Shown piece by piece: positions 1 through 10,600 of a stretch of 64,000 nucleotides of DNA (position 1 is its first letter; each line of letters begins with the position of its first letter). Position numbers and translations under genes: made by a program. The DNA comes from Azolla caroliniana (taxonomy: Eukaryota; Plantae; Polypodiophyta). The notes beneath the pieces are model-generated. The model made no database searches. It was not told the origin of the DNA and saw nothing but the letters and a program-made list of their open reading frames with translations. Location of the stretch: positions 7,874,001 through 7,938,000 of the forward strand of contig JBHGNT010000015.1 of the NCBI GenBank assembly GCA_043228905.1. The letters are read 5' to 3'.

Positions 1-1287
1 GTATTACATCGGTGGTACAAAGATTCATTACATGGAAGTCTACTTCCTCTATATAAGTATCAATAGAAATTCCTAATGAATGAATCGCCCCGTTGATGTA
101 TTGTACTCTCCCATTAGCCAAGTGTACCGTGTAGGTGTGATCACTTACGGTGGGTTGGATTCCCCATATCTGAACCAAACGATCATTCACAAAATTGTGT
201 GAGCTTCCCGAATCAAATAAAAATTGTACAGGAGATCCATTGATATACCCGTTTGCACGTAGTAAATCATTGGGACCCAATACATAGTGAGGAAAAGAAC
301 ATTGACAATTACTTAAATGATGTGTATAGACCTGAAGGACATTAGGAATCTGACCTTTATGGTCTGAAGCTTTAGGTTTGCTGTCGTGCTCTTTCCGTTG
401 GAGCTTTCGACATTGCTCTTTTGTGTGACCCTTCTTTTTGCAGAATACGCAAAAAGGATGTTGTCGCTTACAATCGCGATCCAGGAATTCGTTGGGTGTC
501 TTGCGTTTCCCAACAAATTGCGATTGCTTAGTCCCTGGCGCTTCGTTGGGTTTGTTGTGGTCCTTCTTCGAAGTGCGTTGATAGCGAAGAACTATTTCAA
601 CGGCCTCTTCGAAGGATTTTGGATCCTTATCATGCACTATCCAGTGATAGTCCGAATTGGGGATGCCATTGATAAAACAAGCTATCAACCAATTGTCCCC
701 TTCTAGACCCAATTTTTGGATTTGGGTTCTAGCATGGTGAACATAGTCTTCTAGCGAGGAAAATTTCCTGCTAGAGAGGTTCATTAAAGCTTGTGCTACC
801 TCGGTTCGAGAGGGAGGTTGCAGAAATTGGCCCTTAAAAACCGTGACAAAATCTGTCCAGGTATCGGGCAATTCCCTATAGTACGGAGCCCACGACACTA
901 GGCGGCAGCCTTACCCCCGAGTTCTCGGCCGACATATGCAATCTTCGTACTATCTAGCGTGGGATAGAGCTCCAAATGAGACTCCCATCGTCCCAGCCAT
1001 GTGCAGATTGCTTCTTCGGTTCTTTCCTTTTTGTCTCCCGTAAATGGTTTAACGACAAATGATGGTTCACCTTGTCGCTCATCAGGTCTATTAGTCTCAC
1101 GTTGTAGACTAATGACACGTGCCTCAAGAGCACTCTGAGATTGCCAAAGTTTGGTCATTTGTTGAGCGGTGAAACTAAGGTATTGGCTTATTTGTGCCAA
1201 ATACATCTCAGTGGACATTTGTCTAGGAGGATTCCCTTGAGTTCCTTCCGCTTGAGCGGATGACATCGGGTCATTAATTTGAGCCAT
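1..1287 (-). pseudogene. Disrupted gag-protease of gypsy element A
   Basis: ORF 898-1287 (KPFTGD...WLGRWESHL...KAAA then stop); protease LRANGYINGSPVQFLFDSGSSHNFV downstream; stops and frameshifts. Confidence 0.7.
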
Positions 1288-1679
1288 TAAAGATTATTTC
1301 TGGAAAAGAAATAGGATAAGGTCAGAGAGATAGTCATAACATCATGTCGTGATGTAAATATATCATGCGCAAACATTCATCGATATCATGATCTCACGTC
1401 AATACCCCTCTAGACGTATGAGATGAGGTTCAAGATCAGGTTACTATGGTAACACAAAGGTGTTTTAAAAACCATGGGGGTGACAATTTAATGTCTTTCC
1501 CTAATCTCTATATCGATTTTTTCATGGCGGCTCCCCGAGGCTCAACCATGTATGTTCACGTCATGAGTAGTTTATACACGAAAAAAATGTTAACAATAAA
1601 CTATGTTTCTTTGCCCACATATGTGGTTTCTGCTCTTTAAGTCCTATTACGAGGACCCTGAGGTGCACTTAGACCTTAA

Positions 1680-2073
1680 TGTTGAGAGACAAGCTCAATA
1701 TCGGCCGGATCTGCTGAAGAAGCCGAGGACCGGATCGGTTGGGACCGATCGGTTAGGCCAAGTGCGTAAACCGGGAGGTCGTTAGGAAAGATATTCCGTG
1801 AGGAATATATTTGGGAGTTAGTGTAGGAGCTCTCAATGAGCATTGAAGTACTGTCAGTACTTCGGTTAGTCCTTCTAGGACTTGTATAAAAGTGTTCTCT
1901 GAGCACGTCTTCTGTACAGACTGAGTATTATTGTTGAATATAGTTTCTGTGTCTTCTCTCTCACTCTCTCTGTCTCTCCCGCGTATACCGTGTAAGCTCA
2001 AGCTCTCCATTAAACCTGAGTTTCCTTCCTTCTGTTCGGTCTTAATACCTGCTTCCGCACGCTACTTCTTACA
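1680..2073 (+). repeat. 5' LTR of Copia 1680-6002
   Basis: Direct repeat of 5623-6002 with an extra 14 bp (GGGACCGATCGGTT). Confidence 0.95.
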
Positions 2074-2145
2074 TGGTATTAGAGCACGAGGGTTGAGAAC
2101 CTCTTTGCAGCCGACACAGCTTCAGGAACAAGAACGAGAAGAACG

Positions 2146-5100
2146 ATGGATAGAGGCATGGCGAGCTCGCTTCCAACATAGAAGCTCGACAGAACCAACT
2201 ACGCGTCTTGGTCCTACAAGATGCACCAGTACCTGCTCGGGCACAGCTACTAGAGTTATGTCGAAGGAGCTAATGACGCGGCACCCGAATCGACACACAG
2301 AGACTTCCTGTCGTGGGAGCAATCGACGAGCAGGGTATTATACTGCTTCGCATCATGTGTGGGCGAACAACTATTGAGCTATGTTCGGGATGCAAAAACG
2401 CCGAAGGGCGCGTGGGAAAATCTGAAGAAGATTTTCGCCGCGAGCACCACAGCCAGGAAGCTTCAGCTCCGACAAGAGTTGAGCAACCTACGACAACGCG
2501 ACTTGTCGGTGGCAGACTATACCTCGAAGATCAAGGATATCTGCGACTCCCTCGCCTCCATAGAGGTGAACATCGAGGAGAGCGAGATAGTCTAGATCTG
2601 TCTCGGAGGTTTGGCGTCGAAGTTCGGAGCGTTCCGAACGGCTGTGTGTACTCGGGAGAATACGCCGTCCTTTTTCGACTTACAGTCGATGCTCCTGGTA
2701 GAGGAGAACCACCGACAGCAAGATGTTGTACACGGAGGGAGAAAGGCCCCGTGGTCGTGGCGGACGAGGCGAGTCGGTAGGCAATGGAAGTGGCCGACGA
2801 GATCGAGGAAGATGGCACCGAAGTGATGCCGACAGCAACTCCGGACCCTCCGGAAACAGGGGGAGTCAAAGCGATGAGAACTGGCAAGGGAAGGCCATCG
2901 CCGAGTGTTGGTACTGTGGCAAGAAAGGCCACAGGGAAAGTGAGTGCTGGAAGAAGCGCGCCGATTCGGAGAGAACCGGTTCCGGAAACGGCTCCGGACA
3001 TACCCACAAGGGAAATCGGCAGCGATCACACTACGCCCAAGACTCTGGGAGAGTTGGAGAAGGGTCTGTCTTCGTGACGAGACACGAAGCAAACTCAATG
3101 AAACAGAGCACCCCGAGATCGGACGAGGTGTGGTATGTAGACTCCGGCGCGTCAAACCACATGACGAGCCATAAGGAGTGGTTCTCATACCTTGAAAAAC
3201 CGATAAAACCTGGAGTAGTCGCAACTGGAGACGACACTCCGCATCCGATTGCGAATGTCGGAGAAGTTCCACTTAGCCATGTCGGGCAGAAAGGGAAACT
3301 CATGAACGTGTTGCACGTTCCAACAATCACGAAGAACTTGGTCTCGATCGGACAGATCGTCGAGCAAGGGATGGAGGTTCGGTTTACACACCTCGGGTGC
3401 TTCATTGAGGAAGAAGGTCGTGTGATTGCGCAAGGGCGCAGAGACGGGAGGATGTTCATCCTCGACTCCACTGACGGCGGCACAGCAATGTTCACGAAGG
3501 GAAGAAAAACCGAGTCGGACATCGACTTGTGGCATAAGCGAATAGGCCACGTCAACTACCAGCGGCTTCAAGATCTGCAAACGAAATAGGTAGTATTCGG
3601 ATTCCCCAAATTTAGTGGCCGAAAGGCACAAATTTGTGAAGCCTGCCAGCTCGGGAAGCAACACCGACTTCCTTTCCCCAACAACCGAAACCAGAGCCGG
3701 AACAAGCTCAACCTTATACACTCCGATGTATGGGGGCCGGCATAAAACGTTAGTCTTGGCGGGAGCTGATATTTCGTCTCCTTCATCGACGACCACACGC
3801 GGCACACGTGGATCTACCTCATTGAGAGGAAGAGCGAAGTCTTCGACTGTTTCCGGGACCTCAAAGGGTTTGTGGAAGCCGAAACGGGACGAAAGATCAA
3901 GTGCTTGCGGTCGGATGGCGGGAAAGAGTACTTTTCAGGTCAATTCAACGGTTACCTACAACAAATGGGAATTCGTCGCGAATTCAGTTGTAGATAGACG
4001 CCAGAGCAGAACAGCGTGGCCGAGAGGAAGAATCGGTCAGTTGTGGAAGCGGCACGGGCAATGCTGGAGGAGAAGAGCTTGCCCAAGTTCTACTGGGCCG
4101 AGGCGGTAAGGACCGCAGTATACATCCAGAACCGGATTGGAGACAAAGTGTCGGCGCACGAGCTATATTTCAGAATGAAGCCGAACTTGCGACACTTGAG
4201 GGTGTTCGGTAGCATTGCTTATATGCATATACCAAAGGAGAGAAGGAGGAAGCTGGACGCAAAGGCCGAGAAATGCATCTTGGTCGGTTACTCGGACGAG
4301 CAGAAGGGTTATAAGTGTTATAACCCTCGCACCAAACAAGCGCGTGTCAGCCGCGACGTTGTGTTTGACGAGTCCGCGTCCTGGTACCTGCCCCCGACTA
4401 CGAACCTCGACTCCAATCCGAGCTCAGACGATGAGGTCAGCGAGGCCGAGATGCCTCCGGATGAGCCCGAAATCGAGATCCGCGAAGAGAGTCCGATTTC
4501 ACTACGGTTAAGTGGACCGATTGGACGACTGAGTCGGTACGACCAGTCCCATGAACAGCCGGCGAGTAGTGGAGACTCGGCCGTGCATTCCCCGTGCAGG
4601 AAGCCGAGGAGACGGCTTACGCGCAAAGAGAAAGGGAAGAAGAAGGTGTCGGATTCCGGCACGGATAGGAACGAGTCAAACCGACGCGAGTTCGACTCCG
4701 AGGGAACCGGTGACGGGTCTTTAAAGATGAAGACCATGTCGACCGAGAAGGCCTCGACATCGGCTAATGTGAGATTACGCCGATCTACCCGCCAGAAGAA
4801 TCCTATTTTGCGGTTCGGATACAACGAGTACATGGCGCATCATTATGCGTACATGACCCGTGTAGCGGAAGTGCGTGAGCCGGAGAGCTACGTAGAAGCA
4901 GCTCAAAATGCGAATTGGCGTGCCGCGATGGAGGAAGAGATGCACGCATTGGCGGAGAACGAGACCTGGGACCTGGTTGACGCACTGAAGGGTGTGAAGC
5001 CGATCGGGTGTAGATGGGTGTACAAAGTCAAGTACAACACTGATGGCTCGGTCAACCGGTACAAGGCTCGGCTAGTGGCAAAGGGCTATGCGCAGAAACA

Positions 5101-5230
5101 CGGCATCGACTACGATGAGACGTTTGCGCCGGTCGCGAAAATGACGACCGTCCGTGTTTTGCTCGCAGTAGCCGCGGCCAAGGGGTGGCACTTACATCAG
5201 ATGGATGTAAAGAACGTGTTCCTGCAAGGT
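2146..5230 (+). pseudogene. Copia gag-pol with premature stops
   Basis: Gag start MDRGMASSL; zinc knuckle CWYCGKKGHRESEC; protease WYVDSGASNHM; WHKRIGH; integrase; RT YKARLVAKGY...HQMDVKNVFLQG then truncation. Confidence 0.92.
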
Positions 5231-5622
5231 GACAGAAGGGGAGCAACCGAAGGAGAGAGCCGAAGCCAACCACGCTTGGGGAAGATGATGCCATCGAAGG
5301 TGAGAAGACCGAAGACGAGTTGGAGACAGCCAACTCGGACGAGAGAGAAAACCGATCGGAGGTAGCCGAGTCGGTCCGGATGTTTGATTCAGGCACGCTG
5401 AATCAACCGAGGCCCAAGCGGAAGAAAAGGCAGCAGGAGAAGCGTCAACACCGCAACAACAGAAGAGCTGATAAGGGCCGCATGAACAGACAAGCCGACC
5501 AGAAGGGTCGAAGCTCGCGGAGTCGAACAGGTCAAGGAGCGCGAGCGAGGCGTGAAGTCAGGAGGAACCGGAGCTGTGAGCCCAAGGATCCCGAAGAGCC
5601 TCGAGTTGAGCTTGAGGGGGAG

Positions 5623-6002
5623 TGTTGAGAGACAAGCTCAACATCAGCCGGATCGGCTGAAGAAGCCGAGGACCGGATCGGTTAGGCCGAGTGCGTAAAC
5701 CGGGAGGTCGTTAGGAAAGATATTCCGTGAGGAATATATTTGGGAGTTAGTGTAGGAGCTCTCATTGAGCATTGAAGTACTGTAAGTACTTCGGTCAGTC
5801 CTTCTAGGACTTGTATAAAAGTGTTCTCTGAGCACGTCTTATGTACAGACTGAGTATTATTGTTGAATATAGTTTTTGTGTCTTCTCTCTCAGTCTCTCA
5901 GTCTCTCCCGCGTATACCGTGTAAGCTCAAGCTCTCCATTAAACCTAAGTTTCCTTCCTTTTGTTCGGTCTTAATACCTGCTTCCGCATGCTACTTCTTA
6001 CA
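5623..6002 (+). repeat. 3' LTR of Copia 1680-6002
   Basis: Direct repeat of 1680-2073; preceded by PPT, followed by TSD. Confidence 0.95.
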
Positions 6003-7302
6003 CTTAAGTCTAAACATGTGTTATAGTCATATGTATCAAGGATGTTGTATGGTCTTGGTCATATTTGAACTCGAGACCTCGAGAACAAATACATTAAACA
6101 CTTGAGCCAACCAAGTAAGTTGCTCTTCTCGAATGCTTAATGTTTGATGCGTATAAGAGATATGCGAGGCATTTGATCATATATGTTTTTTTTTAAAAGA
6201 ACATATATGTCAAGGGTCCTTATTTCGCCCTCATTTACCAAAACTATGTTGGTACGTTACCTAACCTCAAGTCTCGTAATTACGATGGCATACGCCAAAG
6301 TGCAACCTAATGGTCAAGCCAAATGAGCCCTCGTTTCGTAGTAGGCCCACGTGGCCCATCACATGGTCACGTCATTACGAATTCCTCTCGTAAGAACGAG
6401 CTCATGGTGGCATCATATCCATGTAACGAGGGAGGGATGTTGGATACGTGTGTCATTGGAGCGACACACGTATCCAACATCCCTATGTACTCAACATCAT
6501 TATGGCTATAGGCGTTTCTTTACGTAACGAAATCGAGGTCATCAACAGGGTTGTCAACAATAAAAAATTGTTGAAAAAGGGATGGTGACAATGCCATTCT
6601 CACAAAAATGTGAGGACAGCCACCAACATCCTTTTCCCGACAAGGACGACTTTCGATATAATCACGTAATAACGAATATACACATATGTTTACTTATCAC
6701 ATATATACGATCAAATACGTATATATGTGACCACATATGCCTATATTAAACATATCGTTATATTAAATAGCCACAAATGATGTGATCGAGATACGTAATC
6801 GAGGTATATACCTCTACGCACACGAAACATCCACAAATAAGAGATCATCGTAATACGCAATTGAGGTATTGACCTCTTACACATACGAGACCAAACGCAT
6901 ATCCTTTACAACAAATCAAGGTATTAAACTCATACGCAAACATAACATATGTTTGTGAACGTAATACGTAATTGAGGTATTAACCTCGTACGCATACGAC
7001 ACTCATCACATATTATTTATATATCAAACGAGGTATTGACCTCGTGCACATATGTAAACATTTTAGATAATCAATTAAAGACCACTACAACATCATTGAC
7101 TTAATGAAAAAAAATGACATATAAACTAAACACATGATTAGATGGGTGAAGAGAGAATAGAAAAAAGAAATTACGGAAAGAGTTACCGAAGTTCTTTGTT
7201 AATCGTTGTCTAGATCAAGGCCGATCGCACATCGATCGATCACCATCAATCAAAAGACAAAAGACAAACAAAGAAACATTAGTACATAGCTCTGATACGA
7301 AA

Positions 7303-7630
7303 TATTAGAGATCTAGGTACTAAAGTAAGCTTAAGATAAGGATAAACTAATGATAGATAGAAAGGAGAAAGAGAAAGAAGGGTGTCGATCCACCCGACCA
7401 CCCCTGAGCGAAGGGATCGAGACAGACTCGAGCCTCGATCGGCGTCCCATACCACCGTCGTGGCGTCGAGTCGTACCTGGTGCTGGCGCGCTAGCTACAA
7501 GAGTTGACCCACCACAAGAGCAGAGTCTCGATGTAGTCAAAAAGATGATCCAATGAGGGTAGCTAGGCCTCTTATTTATAGCGATACCCAAGGCCCCCAG
7601 GCAAGTTCACACTTTCTCTCTCTTTCTCTC
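7303..7630 (-). repeat. Truncated 5' LTR of element A
   Basis: Begins 2 nt from the PBS; minus-strand TATAAATA near 7573-7580; fused at ~7630 to the partial LTR of element B. Confidence 0.55.
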
Positions 7631-10600
7631 TATTCATTACATTGTGTCCGGGCCTTTAAATAGGTTTCCGGTCTGTATTACAAAACGGTGCTATCCGCAC
7701 CTGTTCGGGATCGGTCCGGATCGATTCCGGTCCGTCCGTCCACACTCATAGCTTAATTACAACCACATTCCTACTACTTAAATAACTCTCTGTTTCCCAC
7801 TCTGGACTCCTTTGCCGGCCGGTAACACATGGCACGCCCGTGGGACAGTACCTTGTACGTCGAATCCACAACCAACCCTTGCTATTCTTCGTCCAAAATA
7901 TCCAGAATGCTTTGTTCGAGAGGCTCCAATGGTTCATCTGGAAGTGGTTGTTGTTGTTGTTGTTGCTGCTGCTTTGTTGATGTCTGTTGCGGCGGGTCCG
8001 TTGGTGGCTGCTCCTCCGTTTGTTGCCCTGACACCGGCGTCTCCATCGTTGCTCCCTTCGTCGTAGTGGTCTCCGGTTGACTGTTGACTGGTTCCCGGTT
8101 TTCGTTGACGATCTTCCGGAGGATATTCTGGAGCGTCTTGTTCGTTGATTCCGCTAAACCATTCGCTTGTGGATAGTAAGGTGTGCTCCGTTTGTGGACA
8201 ACGGCATAAAATGTCATCAGGCTTTCCACTACTTGGCCGAGAAAGTGCCCCCCTTGGTCGCTTATTAATTCAATTGGGCATCCGTAACGGCACCAGATGT
8301 ACTCATATAGAAACTTCGTCGTTGACGCAGCGGTGTTGTCCCTTAATGCTTTGGCCTCCACCCATTTCGTGCAGTATTCCGTCGCGACGATGACGTATCG
8401 ATTACCCGTTCGCATTGCCGGTGGCTTGAACGGTTCCACAAAGTCCAGCCCCCACTTCTGGAATGGCTCGAGTGGTAGTACCGGCTGGTGTAGCATACGA
8501 GCCTGCTCCGTTGGCTGGGCCATTCTCTGGCATAGGTCACATTCTTTTGCATATCGTACCGCATCTCTTAATGTCATTGGCCACCATAGGCCACTTTGCC
8601 ATATTTTCCTGGCCGTCGCATCTCCGGCATAGTGACCTCCGGCAACTCCGAAGTGGGCTTCCCTCAGTATCAGTTCCTTTTCATCGCTGCGCACCGCCCG
8701 TCTCCATATGCCGTCCACACCCTTGAGGTAAAGTGTGTCTTGCAGTAAGCAAAAATGTCGGCTTTGCAACGCCAGGCGTTTCCGTTCGTCCCGGGTCATC
8801 TCCTCCGGAGGCATTCCTGTGCTGAGAAACTGGTGCATATTTGTGAGCCACTTGTCTTCCTGGGCCACCGTCTCATCTGCTGCCATCTCCGTAGTGACTC
8901 GAAACAGCTCCGCATCCGGAAACTCATCCGCTACTCCGTCACCCGTCTCTCCGGACTCTAATCGGCTTAAGTAATCCGCCACGGCATGCTGTATACCGGG
9001 TCAGTGGAATATTTCAAACTCGAACTCCTGTAACAGTAAGGTCCACAGGGCCAATTTTCTGGTGAGTGACGCTTTGGACACCAGGTAAAGGAGTGTCGAA
9101 TGATCTACATGGAAGGAAAACTTCCTTCCCAATAAATAATGCCGAAACTTTGTCACACTGTAGATCATCCCTAGAGCTTCTCGTTCCGTGGTAGAGTAGT
9201 TCCGTTCTGCTTGGGATAGCTTCCGGCTGGCATAGTACACTGGCCGGCACCATTTTGGCTCCGTAAGCTGCATAAGTACGCTTCCGATTGCGATGTCGGA
9301 GGCGTCCACGAACACATGAAATTCTCTACTCCAATCCGAAGGCTGCACTACCGGTGCCTGCGACAATAGTACCTTGAGGGCCCTATCGCCCTATCCTCGG
9401 TGTCGGTCCACTGGAATGGTGTCCGATGTACGGCGGCATGCAACGGTATAGCTAGGTTGGCCAAGTATCGGAGCATCCGGCTGTGCCACCGGATCCGGCT
9501 GCAATACCTTCTTGGCGGAGGTGCTGAAAATGGTCCTCCTCCTGGCTATAGACGGCGAAATCATCAAGGAAAACCTGCATAAAAGCCGGAATATATTCAC
9601 CGAAGATTTCCATGATGATTCGTTGAAATGTTGTCGGTGCCGTTTTCAGTCCGAACATCATCACCACGGCCATAAACACCCCCCATTCGATGACGAAAGC
9701 CGTTTTCTCTTGGTCGTCGGGGTGCATCCGGATCTGATTATACCCGCTGAATCCGTCTAGGAAACTATAGACCTCATGGCCGGCGACGGCATCCAACACT
9801 CCATCTGTGAACGAAAGTGGGAACGCATCCGTTACCGTAGCTGCATTGAGTTTCCGGTAGTCCACACAAACTCGAATTTTTCCATTCTTCTTTGGTACGA
9901 CTACGATGGGGCTCAGCCATGTCGCTTTCTTTACCGGACAGATAAAGCCAACTCTTAGCAGTTTGTTGATTTCCTCCTTGACTTTGGCGGCATAATTGGG
10001 ATTCATCCGGTACCGTCTTTGTGCCACTGGTTTTGCGTCCTTGCTCAAGTGCACCTGATGCTGGTATAATTGAGGGTCGACTCCTCGCATGTCTTCGTAT
10101 GACCAGGCGAACACATCGCGAAATTCCGTGAGAAGTGTGATCATCGCCGTTTTGTCTTCGGACTTCATCTCCTTGGCGATGTGCACTGGTTTTGCTTCGT
10201 CCGTGGTCCCTAGGTTCACCTCTTCCAGTTGCGACGCTTTTACGCGCTGTGAAACGGCCATTTCCCGTTCCAACGCTTCCTGCGCTTGCCGTAACTCCCG
10301 GATTGTGTCTTTATCCAGTTCTACTTCAGCCTCTTCCGGTTGCGGTAAGTATGGTGCTATTGCTTCCGCAATGTCAATTTCGAAGAGGGGTATGATCTTC
10401 GGGTTTTCCTGCAAGTACTGAGCTTCTTCTTCGTCCGCTAACCCTTCTAGCATGTTGACGCATTCCGCATACAACGGTGTACATTCCTTGCCAGTGTTCG
10501 TCCTTGGCTGTGTTGGTACCCGTACCTTGGCTTTTCCTCGCCGGAAGGTAATTATATTTTTCCGCCAATTCTGTTTGATATGTGCCATTTTCAACCATGG

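Larger units (their letters stand above)
1680..6002 (+). mobile_element. Ty1/Copia LTR retrotransposon, internally deleted (most of RT and all of RNase H missing)
   Basis: LTRs 1680-2073 and 5623-6002 (TG...CA); TSD CTTAA at 1675-1679 and 6003-6007; PBS TGGTATTAGAGC 2074-2085; PPT GAGGGGGAG 5614-5622; order gag-PR-INT-RT. Confidence 0.96.
1..7630 (-). mobile_element. Degenerate Ty3/gypsy element A (partial 5' LTR, PBS, long leader, gag, protease; runs off the window), interrupted by Copia 1680-6002
   Basis: Minus-strand PBS TCGTATCAGAGC (7289-7300, tRNA-iMet type) next to an LTR end at 7303; gag-like ORF 898-1287; aspartic protease motif LFDSGSSHNFV at ~190-225 on the minus strand. Confidence 0.7.

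Noticed and set aside
6795-7045. CRISPR-like array of palindromic repeats with spacers
   Set aside because: Repeats are only ~14 bp, spacers are related to each other, there are no cas genes, and the context is a eukaryotic retroelement leader.
7829-8080. Cys-rich (metallothionein-like) ORFs here and at 19354-19545
   Set aside because: Antisense shadows of poly-Gln codons in the retroelement extra ORF.
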